Source: Phoronis australis (Eukaryota; Animalia; Phoronida). From it: 64,000 nt of DNA. Where the stretch lies: assembly GCA_002633005.1 (NCBI GenBank), contig NMRA01001041.1:1259-65258 (forward strand). Direction: 5' to 3'. The notes beneath the pieces are model-generated. The model saw nothing but the letters and a program-made list of their open reading frames with translations, did not search any database and was not told the origin of the DNA. This document shows positions 41,433 through 54,008 of this stretch, in pieces (within the stretch, counting starts at the first letter, position 1; each line of letters begins with the position of its first letter). The position numbers and the translations under genes are program-made.

Positions 41433-44400
41433 GAAATTCAATACTGTGACAGAACATGCTCTGCTTGACTAGTGTTTGTAAGCACAACCCAGTCCAACAG
41501 TAATGTCACGTATTAGCGCCGTCCATTTAATAAGTACCGGTCTGGAATAAGCACCAGGTAAAGCCAATTAAAACGGTATTGTGTGGCGTTCATTCAAGAC
41601 TAATTGAAATTACCACTCTGATCACAATTCACTGTTTTACTGGATAATCTTGTGCTACTGTTAACTGAATGAAAGTCTACACAACCTGTGGAATGTAATG
41701 AATAGATCATTTCAAGTGTTGAAAATCATGAGCAACATAATGGTTGATTTAAAAAATTTATATAAGCATGAGAAGCCAGTTCCTCAATTGACTGGATGTG
41801 GTTGTCAAGTGAAACGGGCACTGTTCAAAACAATGTTTATTTATGAAAACTGATCAAATATACCACGCAGTTGGTAACGACAACCAACAGAAAGTGAGCG
41901 CTGGGTCTGCAAAACTGAATAAGCACCTGGTTTTAAATGTGCATTGGTTTGGAAAAAGTTCTGGGTCAAAAGATGTCTTCGAAAAAATATGCTCCCTGGC
42001 GCTAATGTGCAACACTGCAGTTGGTCTGCCATGATATGTAGCAGGTTGTTACAAATTTGAATTAATAACATTTGCAAGGATCTTTTCCTAAGATATAGGG
42101 GTGTAATTACTTCTTAAATCTTCATTCAGGATCTTATTAAGTCTGTAGTGTTGAATTGTTTTACCAAATTTTGCAACCGAAGAAGATATACTAGACCACA
42201 CAATGACCTGACCCATATGCAATAAACATTCAGTTACCCAACTGCATTAGCCAGAGTGTAATAATTTCACAGTCTCTCCAAGGGACTGTTGACAATCAAG
42301 TGTACAAACTACATTTTTGGGGGTTGGGTCTTGCAGCAAGCTACACTTTTGATGTTATAAAAATTGCAATGTCAGATATTAAGAGAAGTCAACTTATAAT
42401 ACTTTTTCACACTGTAAAACCATGACATATCGCTGTATCTCCAGTATAGTCCTTAGACTGGTATTTAACTTAGAAGCACACTTGAAGTTTAACAGATACG
42501 GAAACGTAGACCGTGTGGAAATGCCACCATTTTTGTATTTTTTCCGGGGAGGAGGAATGGAGGTCTGGGAAAAGCGTTCGGTCCGTACGCTTCTGAAAAT
42601 GTTAATTATGAATGGTTCCTAAGTTGATTTTGGTGCTGGAGACGCATTTAATCACTGACTGTTCCTGTATGCTGCTGAGGAATGGTGCTTGTGTGTGTAC
42701 AGGAGTTCAAGGGTTAACAAGTTTGTCTCCATGTGTTGATGGTGTCCCGATATCTGCTTGTTGTGAACAAAGTTTTTAAATGCTATGTTTAACCTCCGTC
42801 TTTGTTTTGTTAGGATGTTGGATCACCCAAGCGTTTTCCTCCTAAATCCATTCACTGTTCAGTACTCTAGAACTTGAAAATTATTGCAGAGGTAGCGAAC
42901 TGCAAAAATGTCTTTATTAGCATTATTGTTTTGAACTTGGTGTATGTCCAGATGTGTCAAAATGTATTCATTGCATTTGTCAGTCTTGTACATGCCCATT
43001 TCAATGCATGGACTGTTTATTAACCTTGACATGTCTACAGAGAAATATTGGCACTTTGCAGGATTTGTCTGCAGACCTATTTTGCCTTTAAAAGTGAGAC
43101 ACATGGGGTCTCATTTAAGGGCCCTAGAAAGGCGCTTCTACCAAAATCCAACTTCAGATTTAAGCTTCTTGCTGCAGTTGTAAAATCAGCTTCATTATTC
43201 TGCAGATTATAAATATGTTGCCTTGTTATCAAGTCACTTTTTATATGTACACAGGCTATTGGTCGCATTTCTTATCCTATTGACATGAAATTTACACGTT
43301 ATGTTCGTCCCAAATCTTTTGGTTGAAAATGGGATGCAAGATGGCATAGTGGCAGACATTTTTATTTTATGGTTTACGGTGAATTCACTGTCTCTGGAGA
43401 ATGTTTCTGAAATTTGGCATGTGGATAGATGTCAAGAGCTATTGAAAGCGGGCCATCCATTGTTCTCAAATTATTCAACATTTAATTGATTTCTATTCGT
43501 ACCTTATCTTTAGCATCTCTTGATTTATTTTTCTGAAATTCTGCATGTGTATCAGTCTCATCAAGTGAAGTTGGTGGTCGTGGTAAGTTAGTTTCAGCTG
43601 TTGAAGCAATCTGGCATTCATTGGCAGATAACCAATTTCATTTCTAAGAATAAATACGAATACAATAATTATTTTGCTTTAGCAGAGCAAATACTTGTAT
43701 GAATTGATTGTTTTTTATGTCAGAACCAAAGCATTATGGTAATTGTCCATTTAATTCATAAAAAATAATTACCAAAATGGTCATTTGTCAAAGGTGGATT
43801 ACCGTTCTGCAGATAATGGGAACTTCAGAAAATTTTACTTTATGACTTCCTTCATGCTATGTACAATTCATGCTTATGTTTTAGACTAAAATGTTCTTTA
43901 TCTTCACTTTTGTGGAGAAATTTAACGAAGTGGAACTTGTCTGCCATATTGTGTGCTAAATAAGTGATATATTGCCATAATCCAATGAATACAATGCAGT
44001 TACAAGGCACCATGGTGGTGTTGCTAATTATTTCATCTGTGTGTTGTTGTACAAGAATTGTAGTAGTGTTAAATGGTGTGTTGTGAACCACTGACTATTC
44101 ACATTGCTATTAGTTGGTGTCCTGAACGATTGACTATTCACAATGCTATTGGTAGGTGTTGTTTTCATTAAGGTAACATTTGAAAGTGCTTATTGAATGT
44201 ACATAATCCGTCCCTATGTATGCCCACTCCTGGGTGCACCTTATGTATGCCCACTCCTGGGTGCACCATGTGTATGCCCACTCCGGGCTGCAAGTCCACC
44301 TAAAACTTTTCATTATTCTTGCATACTACGGGAATTCTCCACTTTTTTGCACAAAATGAATTGAACACATTTTCATGGTAGTCAACAGATTTCGTCATAG

Positions 44401-45174
44401 CTGACTTGTCTGCCAAATTAACTGAGTAACCAAGCATTGCCAGCTGTCTGTGTGCTGCTTTATGACACAATACGGCCTATAGGTTGCCAGCGTGGTCTAA
44501 TTAATAGTAATTGTGTTACTTTAAGCTGCTACAATCTCTTGTGAAACATTCTTTTGAGCATGTGATTTTTAGTGACATGACTCATCCACTTTCACCTTGT
44601 GTTTGTAACAGCATGAAATGTCCTATATGAATGGATGAATTTTAAAAGTGCCAAATATACAATGTTCGAAACTTGTTTTTCAATACAGATAAGGAGGTTT
44701 GTATTACTAGAATTAATGATGAGGCTTCCTTCCTGATATTTCTGAAGTGCAAATTAGGTGATGCAGGAAATTCCCACCGAGGAGTGTCATGTGAAGGCAG
44801 TGGGGAACAAAATATTACTTTTACAAGTAATTTTGAGCGTGCTAAGTTATTGGCAATTACTGTGACTGCAGTATCGGCCCATTTTCCTCGGGTACAAGCC
44901 CACTTCTCGAACTTCTTTGTTCACATCAAATGAAATCGACTTTTCCCGTTCACAGCCGGTCAGGAGGGCCAGCAGGGCAAAGCTGACAGAAAACACTCCA
45001 TTGCTGTTTGCATTAATCTCCAGCATATGTTAAGCAAAATACAATTCATGTTCTTGGTCATTGTTAAGGTTCATGTGGAAGCCCTTGGAGTCACAAATTT
45101 CAGATACAAGACTACCGTGTATAAGCAAGCCTCATAATCCCCAACCTTTTTTGCACTCTAAGTACTTGTGTATG

Positions 45175-45330
45175 TTACTTCACAGCTGTGTCTGGTTGTA
45201 ACCTATGAGGCTACTTCACAGCTGTGTCTGGTTGTAACCTATGAGGCTACTTCACTGCTGTGTCTGGTTGTAACCTATGAGGCTACTTCACTGCTGTGTC
45301 TGGTCGTAACCTGTCATGAGGCCACTTCAC
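45175..45330. repeat. Minisatellite, 36-bp unit, ~4 copies
   Basis: CTACTTCACAGCTGTGTCTGGTTGTAACCTATGAGG repeated. Confidence 0.9.
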
Positions 45331-45993
45331 TGGCAACATCTTAAAGCCACATGACCAAGTAACATGAGAAAAAAAGGATTTATTACATAACTACATTTTG
45401 ACTAGTCTTTGTTTTGAATGCACTTTAACTAGAGAATGCCATAGCCAGTATGACAAGACACTTTGTTATCATACAAACTTTGAACTTGTATAACCATTTA
45501 CCTTATTGCTACACATTTTTGTGGGAAAAATCAAAAGTAAAATTCCATTTGTCTGCTGTATCATGTACTCCTGAATTAGCGAGATTCTACCCACTTATTT
45601 TGTAAAATTTACTTTTGAATTTTGACATTTTCAAGGACTAGATCTTGTCTTGTTTTTGAGTCTTTAAATAAAAACTTGTTTTAAAGTGTTTTCTTAATTG
45701 GAAATGTATTAAGATACTAATTTAACACCTGCCTAAGAAAGAGAACTAACTTTGTGCGAATTTTGTGCAATACAAATGTATAATTGTCATTGCATACACT
45801 TTTACTATTTCAACAAATTGTGCAGAAACACTAGACGTGTGGTTTTAAGTATAGGATTTGTAAAAAGAGGTGGTCAACTGTGCGACTTGCCTTTTAAATT
45901 TTCAATTTTTAATAAATTGTTGAGGTCTGTCTTGCCCTCTATAAGTTGTGGGAAGTGGAGGTTGTGTTCTGTGAAACCATGCACCGGCAATTA

Positions 45994-46220
45994 TGTGGTA
46001 ATCCTCCACTTATTCTGTACAAAATACTTGCCAAAATGATGGTAATCTTCCACTTATTTTGTACAAAATACTTGCCAAAATGATGGTAATCTTCCACTTA
46101 TTCTGTACAAAATACTTGCCAAAATGATGGTAATCTTCCACTTATTCTGTACAAAATACTTGCCAAAATGATGGTAATCTTCCACTTATTCTGTACAAAA
46201 TACTTGCCAAAATGATGGTT
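45994..46220. repeat. Minisatellite, 44-bp unit, ~5 copies
   Basis: ATGATGGTAATCTTCCACTTATTCTGTACAAAATACTTGCCAAA repeated. Confidence 0.95.
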
Positions 46221-48016
46221 TTTCCATTCTTCAATGGCTGATTGCCTTTTTGCAAGTTTTTTGTGACATCTACACATTGCAAATATGCTTGTAATGAACG
46301 TTTTTGAATCTTTGCAGAAATGTAACATAGAACTTGACTGGTCGGCCATCAGGTGTGTTACATAAGGAATTACCACATGCTACTGTTGTGAGCCTTTTAA
46401 ATCTGTTGTTGAATGCTGTACCGGAAGCTGCATTATTCCCCGTTTGGTTGGCCTTTTACTCTTGGGGCTGTTCCAGTAAAATCCGTGTGAGGGGGGGGAC
46501 GGCAGTAGAAATAAAAATTCATGGGTGGTGGTCTTCAGAAAAAAACTCAAATATAGGTGGTAGTTCCTGTAAGCAGTGATGCATTAATAATGGGTGGTAT
46601 TTTTTGACCTGTTCCAATGTTGACTGGTTGGTTACTTCAGCCGTCAAAACTCTATCTTAACTTATCCCAATACAAAAAGCCCATATTGCCAGTTAACAGA
46701 GTGCAATATGTTCACTAAGCCATTAATCAAGTCATGGGCAACTTGATTTGAGCCAACTGTTTGTCTGCAGTCCTATTGAATTGAAAAATTATGCAACACT
46801 AAACTGGTATTAACACATATAAGAAAATTGATTTTTAAATAAAAAGTATGAGGAGTAAGATAAACAAGTTCCAATATTCACTTGACATAGAAGTATAAAA
46901 GAGTCTGTGGAGACAGTTTGAGATTCATAGACCCTTATAATTGAAAAAATGTTCATTGAAATTAGACACATGGTGAACAGAGACACCTGGTGGCTGCCAG
47001 AAGTATTGCTCACAGGCTACTTTAGTTTTTGACAATATTGGACAAGACAAGTAGTTCTTGTCTGTCAATCATCTAAGTTCTTAACAGGTCCTCCTGGAGG
47101 CAATTTGCTTGCAAGTGTTGGATTTTATATTTTAACCTATTAAAAATAATTAAAAAATTATGGGTCATGGGTTGGCGAAATAAATGAAAAATATGGGCGG
47201 TGGGTACAAAATAAAAGTGCCCCCCCCTCCCATACCATGATAGGATTCCATTGCCAACAAGAACATCAAAACCTTAAGCACCTCAACAAAACACTTGCTG
47301 TTTTAACTTGCATCCTAATTTTACATGTAAGGAATGGGACAAGCACATTCCAGTTTGAAATAAGCGCAAGTTGGATGCTCATTTGGATGCAATGAAGTCT
47401 GTAATGTGTCCTAGAAGTTCAATGACCATATTTAAATTATTTATATTCAATGATCAGCTTGTCAATTTATACTAATATCCTGTTTTACCGAGTGATGTTC
47501 AGTTCATACACAAGATGTGCGACAGCCTTCTAGTTCAAGCGAACATTACAGCATATTCCAATATGCATGTCTTAAACAAAAATAGTTTTTTCCTTGAATT
47601 CCAGAACGATCTCCAGTTTGGAGTTGGCAATTTTGGGTCGACTGATCTAGCAGTACGAGGGTCTTTTAAAAAATCTCACGACGGACATAACACCCATCCA
47701 GCAACAGCCACGTCACATTCAAAATTTATCTGCACTAATTTTTCAATGTTACACAATATATTTACTTGGTGAATTGAATTTTTTTTTCGAATTGAATTTT
47801 TTCTTTGTGATAAAATTTGTTTGTGCAAAATAGAATTTATATTGATAAACAGTGAAATTAATACTCTCGACATAGCAAACCTTGCCTTCGCGGTCTTACT
47901 GTGATGGACACCTGTCATACTGTAAGTACTCAGCTTTTGTGCACGGAGCGCAAGTAATCCAAAATGTATATTCAAATAAATACATGTACCAGCAAAAAAC
48001 AATACAAGAGTTCATG

Positions 48017-48022
48017 TTTATT
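48017..48022 (-). terminator. Candidate polyadenylation signal of ATP5MG
   Basis: AATAAA on the - strand ~350 nt after the stop codon. Confidence 0.4.
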
Positions 48023-48373
48023 TTTCTTCACCAGGCATTATGAATAACAACTGGCAATCACATCTAAATATTCACGTAGACATGCACTTTGTGTAACGTG
48101 CTTTGTACAGAGTTCCCGTTAAATTAAAAACATCACGCACGATCCAACTTCAATCTGATGAAATCACTCTGAACACTTTCACGCAGCTTCAGGGATAAAA
48201 ACTCCTTTCTGCCTTCTAGTCTTCCTATGGCTAATAGTCACGGGGTCTCATGTTTTGAGAACCAGTTTTCTCCACTGAATAACAGGTATCAAACTGGTTC
48301 CCAAAATTTGTGACCTGAGTAAGCGACTATTAGCTTCCTATGTGTAGAGTCCTAACTATGCCTGCGAGTATCA

Positions 48374-48499
48374 TCAATGTTCCTCTGCCACCCAAGCACC
48401 TGGTATATTGTATCCAATCAGGCTACCTTTTCCTACACATTCACCCACAAAGAACCATAGAGCAATCTCCCCAGCAACCAATGTATTAATCCACGCTTC
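48374..48499 (-). CDS. ATP5MG: Mitochondrial ATP synthase subunit g, last exon
   Basis: tttcgtttacAG acceptor; EAWINTLVAGEIALWFFVGECVGKGSLIGYNIPGAWVAEEH* matches the subunit g C-terminus (E..WF.VGE..GK...IGY); absent from the ORF track. Confidence 0.92.
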   Translation of the reverse strand, partial: EAWINTLVAGEIALWFFVGECVGKGSLIGYNIPGAWVAEEH

Positions 48500-49267
48500 C
48501 TGTAAACGAAAATGAGACATCTAAAATCTATCCATCTTTCTTCAACATCAAATAACAGCGAATTTTTGAGAACAATATTTAGAACTTAAAACGACTATAA
48601 CCCCGCATTCCATCCAAGAAGAAAATTCTAATTGAGACCATTTACCCCCTTTAAAATCGGTCTCCACTTGTTCCTTTCTCAGGTAAGAAGTGATTTCTGG
48701 ATTTGCAGGGAATAACAGTTTATAATTCCTTGAGATCCAGCTTGGTGCATAAAGAGACATCACATGGTCAACTTGTACAGCCTGGACTCAACCAATAACA
48801 AATGATCAGTTCTTTTTAAGCCCTGAAACCACATCCTATTAGACCAAGGAACTACTTGAAACCAATTTCATCACAGTATGTGGTCTCAACCAAAAGTTGC
48901 TTTTATGATAGAAGTCGGATTTCTAGCCCCTGTCAAACATGCAACAATTACAGTTTATCCTTCCGCTCAAGCCCCGAAATCAATTGTGACAGAACAAACT
49001 ATGAACTATTTTAAAGCAAGTGGTCCAGTTTAAAAGTTTGTGTTTTGGATATCGAAAATCGCTTTTAAAAATACAAAAACCTCCCAAAAGTCTGACTGAC
49101 AGTATGAACATTAAACTTTCAAGAGAATATTTAAGGACGCACTTATACCCGACTGAAGCGTTCTGACACGTACGACACTCCCAGTATTGTTTAACAAATA
49201 TCTAAACATACAACTTAAATGAAAAGTCAAAACACAACATTAATAAGCAGCAAATCAGTGTTGCGTG

Positions 49268-49528
49268 AACTTAAATTGAGGTATCACACACTTTAATTGA
49301 GGTATCACACACTTTAATTGAGGTATCACACACTTAAATTGAGGTATCACACACTTAAATTGAAGTATCACACACTTTAATTGAGGTATCACACACTTTA
49401 ATTGAGGTATCACACACTTAAATTGAGGTATCGCACACTTAAATTGAGGTATCGCACACTTAAATTGAGGTATCACACACTTTAATTGAGGTATCACACA
49501 CTTTAATTGAGGTATCACACACTTTAAT
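49268..49528. repeat. Minisatellite, 21-bp unit, ~12 copies
   Basis: CACTTAAATTGAGGTATCACA repeated; abuts the ATP5MG exon 2 donor. Confidence 0.95.
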
Positions 49529-49538
49529 TGCGTCTAAC

Positions 49539-49699
49539 CTTAACAGTGACATTTCTCCACCGGCCAGCCCGTGCTCCAGCAATCAGGTTGTTGAATCCTT
49601 GGCTAACTTGACCAAATTCAGAAGGAGACGGCGGCATCATCTCTACACGGGCATACCGCCAGAAAGTGGCCAATCGGGGCTTTGAAAAGGCCACGACGG
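49539..49699 (-). CDS. ATP5MG: Mitochondrial ATP synthase subunit g, internal exon
   Basis: ttttctgttgcAG acceptor; VVAFSKPRLATFWRYARVEMMPPSPSE...GRWRNVTVK; GTTAG donor; 161 nt, phases 1/0 join the last exon. Confidence 0.92.
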
Positions 49700-50174
49700 C
49701 TGCAACAGAAAAACACATACATGACGACACGCGCTCATTATCTCTGCTTTTAGCCAACAGAACTCCCTCTGGCATTTTCATTTTCTGTTGCAGAAATTCA
49801 ATCTTAAAATGGAAAACCACAAAAGAAACAACATTTCTCACGTTTAAATTTGGTTCCATTAGTATGTAACATATTGTTCAGTAGGACCATTTATCTAGTA
49901 CGGATAAAACAAACCAAACACGGCATTTACCTACAATTTTATATCTAATTAAAATTATTCGAAGTAGTGACTTTTGACCGTCATATTCGTAAATGGGCTA
50001 TAGGCTCAATGACCACAGCCCAAACAAAAACAAGGCCGACAATCAAGGGACAATTATATCGATCCAGCGAAGTATTGAAATGTCTAGTAAATGGGAGATT
50101 CGCTTCATGACTCAGCAGTAAGGCATACATGCATGAGTCAACTAATGTCTAGCGTCTGTGAGGGAGCATTGTTC

Positions 50175-50340
50175 ACTATGCTGGTTAATTTCATCTCACA
50201 TTTCATCACATCAAAACTATGCTGGTTAATTTCATCTCACATTTCATCACATCAAAACTATGCTGGTTAATTTCATCTCACATTTCATCACATCAAAACT
50301 ATGCTGGTTAATTTCATCTCACATTTCATCACATCAAAAC
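50175..50340. repeat. Minisatellite, 41-bp unit, 4 copies
   Basis: ACTATGCTGGTTAATTTCATCTCACATTTCATCACATCAAA repeated. Confidence 0.95.
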
Positions 50341-51368
50341 TTGGCCATACTCCAATGCCCATCACATTTGTTGCAGTAATTTCTTTTTCCTTCATGAAGC
50401 CAAGTCAATATAATGAAGGCAATACATCAATTAGTTAACAAAGTAATGGCCTTTTGACATGCACTGCACGTCACCCAAAAGTGAACAATAATTAGGGCCC
50501 ATGCTCACCTGAGGCTCTCAGGTGAAGGCCACCTTGTGGTTTTTTCATGGGCAAGACTATGTAATGGGGGTGTCCAAAAATGAACCAAGGACTCTGACCG
50601 GTTTTCTTACTTTAAATCACCCCTGAACTAATAAACCTATACATAGCCCATTCTCCACATGGAGGATGTACCACATGGCTGAAGGGCTGACTACTGCAGT
50701 TAATAAAACCTTAGATGATACAGAGAATTTGTGCAAGTTGAAACTAATTCTAAATTCAAGGGGAGCTACTGATCATTAGATCTCATGTCATTTTTAAACG
50801 TTGTGACGTACACAGTGAAATTATGACCAAGAGCAGTCAGCTCTCACTTGAAATATATCAAAAGTAGGTGGTGGGCACTTGTGGCACATTTTTGGAACAC
50901 TAATTGAGTGTTGCCAACTTCAGGCTTGCAATATCTGCAATGACTTCATTTCCATTTGAGACAATGTAGAAATATTCCTACATTGCACAGATTCCTACAT
51001 AATTCGGAACAGAGCTGAACCTTAATTTCTTTGGAGGCTTGACTGAATAGTATTTCAGCAATAGTCACTTACAGGGGTAAGAACCACTCTGACGCCTGTT
51101 AGTGTAATTTGTTGGAAAAAAAGCAACATCCACAGGCGATGTAACTGCCTAGAATTCGTTAGGCAACATATAGTCCTTCGGCTGGCTCTACAGGGGCTAC
51201 AACACTCCTCATTGGTCTCTGTGTTAATTTCGTCCCATTTATTTTTAACGAGCGGTAGGCCAAATACGCTCACTGAATGAGAGGTTTTCTCATTTCACCT
51301 TATCAAAAATACATTTTACACTAAAAATTGTCACTTAAAAATGCACTTATTTTTTCAACTATCATTTC

Positions 51369-51506
51369 TGGGTCTACACATATGGTTCAACACGTATGGT
51401 TCTACACGTATGGTTCAACACATATGGTTCTACACGTATGGTTCAACACGTATGGTTCAACACGTATGGTTCTACACGTATGGTTCTACACGTATGGTTC
51501 TACACA
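51369..51506. repeat. Minisatellite, 14-bp unit, ~10 copies
   Basis: TATGGTTC(T/A)ACACG repeated. Confidence 0.95.
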
Positions 51507-51544
51507 TCCTCAATGAAGCATATCTACAGGAATTCAGATGACTT

Positions 51545-51745
51545 TGGTGAAGAGTTCCAACTTCCACTTTTTGGTTGTCATGCACCTTTCATCACATCCA
51601 TGAATGGAACATATGTGCCAAATTACATGAAAGTATGTCAAAGGGTTTTGGAGATAAAGCAGCAGACACCGGACGTCGGACAGACGCCGCCCGGACGGAG
51701 ATGACGGCATAACGCGTTCACATATAAATATGTGGGCGCATAAAA
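51545..51745 (-). mobile_element. Family A Helentron MITE, 5' fragment
   Basis: Reverse complement of the family A 5' end (ATGTGGGCGCATAAAAA). Confidence 0.75.
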
Positions 51746-51786
51746 ATGAAATTTGCATAACAAATGTATTCAAAATAAGCAAAAAC

Positions 51787-52853
51787 CAGAAACCTAGTCT
51801 TGTTCAGAGTATTTCGTTATTTATTTAAAAACCTGTGAGGTTATGTAAATTAATCGTTTTTCCCAAGTAAGATAAATGTTTTCACAATCTTAAGTTGCAC
51901 ACCAAGTGATAAAAAATGATATGCATTTTTAATTGAACAAAATCAAATTGGACTATAAAACTTCAACAAATTTTAAATCAATTTCATTCCTCAGGACTTG
52001 GAATGACCAATGACAAAAAACGCGGAAACATTTACGGCCCAAAATATGCGCGCTACCCAGTCTTGAAAGAGTTGACTGTGAACCTTTCGCCGACAAAAAT
52101 CGGGAGGACTAAAAAAAACATTACCACCATCAGTAGCATGTGTCTGCGTCTTTTTTTTAGCTTGTCCGTCCACCCCCACACATTTTTGGCTGCAGAGCCG
52201 TAGTATTTGTCAACGTGGTTTACAATCACATGAGACACCATTGAAAATCCCACCACGCTATCCCACATGCCCCGGCAATGTTGACAATTTACGTTCCTCC
52301 GAAATATAAAGAGCAACTTCCACTTTTAGAGGTGAACGTCATTGGCAACGCCGCGATAAGAAAGGAATTTGCCGCGGAAATTTTATATCAAATCCGATTT
52401 TTTTACGCGGGAATATAATAAAATGCGAGGACAGAACATTTGAAAAAAGCGGAAATCTGCGTTTCCGCGGAAAATTACAAGCCTTGATTCCTATCAAACA
52501 ATATAGAAACTGAGGTGTTGTGTTGGTGACTATCCAAAGAGCGAATTTGTATTCTAAAATGATTTGATGCACTGCAGCGTTAACTGAACATTTATTTTGA
52601 TGAAATATGTAATTTTCTAAAAATGAAACTGATCACAGCGCCCCACGAGGTAATAAAAGTGTAACAAAAAATATTCTTGAAGAAAATAGAAAAAAATGAC
52701 TATCCCCAAAATTGAAGTAAATTGAATTTTAAAAATATTTTACGTTATTTTAATGAAAATATTTCACCAGGTTTGGGCCACTTTTTGTAATTCAGAGAAG
52801 TTTTGACTGGTTCTGTTGAATACATTTAACCAATCATGTTCGAGTTTAGTTTT
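51787..52853 (-). repeat. Dispersed repeat fragment, inverted copy of 60266-60840
   Basis: Colinear reverse-complement match once the 51992-52486 insert is removed. Confidence 0.8.
51992..52486. mobile_element. hAT-like MITE with 6-bp TSD
   Basis: TSD ATTCCT (51986-91 / 52487-92); the empty site is seen in the 60630 copy; imperfect TIRs CAGGACTTGGAAT / ATTACAAGCCTTG; GCGGAAA subterminal motifs. Confidence 0.75.
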
Positions 52854-54008
52854 TAGTTGATGTAAGCGTTCTGAAGATGCAGCGAGACGTCTTATGAGCA
52901 TGCGCATTAGACCAAGCACTTGAAGTTATTTGTGCTCTTCGCTTTACCGTGAATGTTGGCGATTGAAGTAGGAAAATCTTGAGGTATGTATTGTTTTTAT
53001 TGGTTTCGATGTTAACAAATGGAAGCAATGAACGTGTTGCTGTAGCAGATAAAATGTTTAAGTCAAATTACTTTCAGATTTGACATGTTTGGGCTATTCG
53101 CGAAGTGCCCGGCGGACAGCCATATTGAATGTCAGTTGTGTCCATCTCTTTATTTAGTGTAAACTATACTACAGTATAGTTGAGGGTAGGCAATGACGAT
53201 CGCCTCTGTTGGCCCAAACCAGAGGCGATGCAGCTCCTATAGGCGCTCTGTACGCCGGAAGCTTTTCGGCGAATTATGCCTCGCACCGACTAAACCATCA
53301 AAGTCACATTGTTATAAATACCTTTTGTGCATAGAGGAACACCTTAGGAGGTTGTTGATGTGTTTAATTCATTCCAACTCGAACAAATACTCCCGTTATC
53401 AAACTTTTTCTTCGAGCAGTCCCTATTTCTGTTCCCAAAATCGTGAACTCAACATTTTTATACTGCGCACGCTCCAATTTTTACCGCGCTCGCTAGGTGA
53501 TGTGACTTCATGACCTACCTAAATCTTTAAATAGGCTATAGGTGAGCCATTGCGGTCTTGTCAGTCAAATGTTCGTTTCCAAAATGCCACCACTTATACT
53601 TGTCTTTAATTGGCGTTACTTGAAACTGATTGTATTTCAATGAATTATTGTTTGTATTTGATAAAAATAAATGCTGTTGATATGACATTTAATAGTCTTT
53701 GAGCACATATTTGACATTTTAATGTTTAACAACACGGCAAATGCACGGCTGGTTCCCGGCAGCACTTACGCAAAGGGCTGGAACTTCAGCTTTCAAAGTT
53801 CGCCGGTAGGACCGCAACTTCTGACCTTCGGCCTGGTTAAAAAAATCCTTTGGCATGCGCCGAGTGAAAATGTTGAGTTCACGATTTTGGGAACTGAAAT
53901 AGGGACTGCTCGAACAAAAAGTTTGATAACAGGAGTATTTGTTCGAGTTGGAATGAATTAAACACATCGACAACCTCCTAAGGTGTTCCTCTATGCGCAA
54001 AAGGTATT

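Noticed and set aside
44840-45030. Possible Ulp1-like protease remnant (- strand, NGVFSVSFALLALLTG)
   Set aside because: The catalytic DCG motif is absent; resemblance only
50503-50548. Candidate ATP5MG exon 1 (MKKPQGGLHLRAS, phase-1 GTGAG donor)
   Set aside because: No resemblance to subunit g N-termini and part of a palindrome typical of repeat ends; cannot be fully excluded
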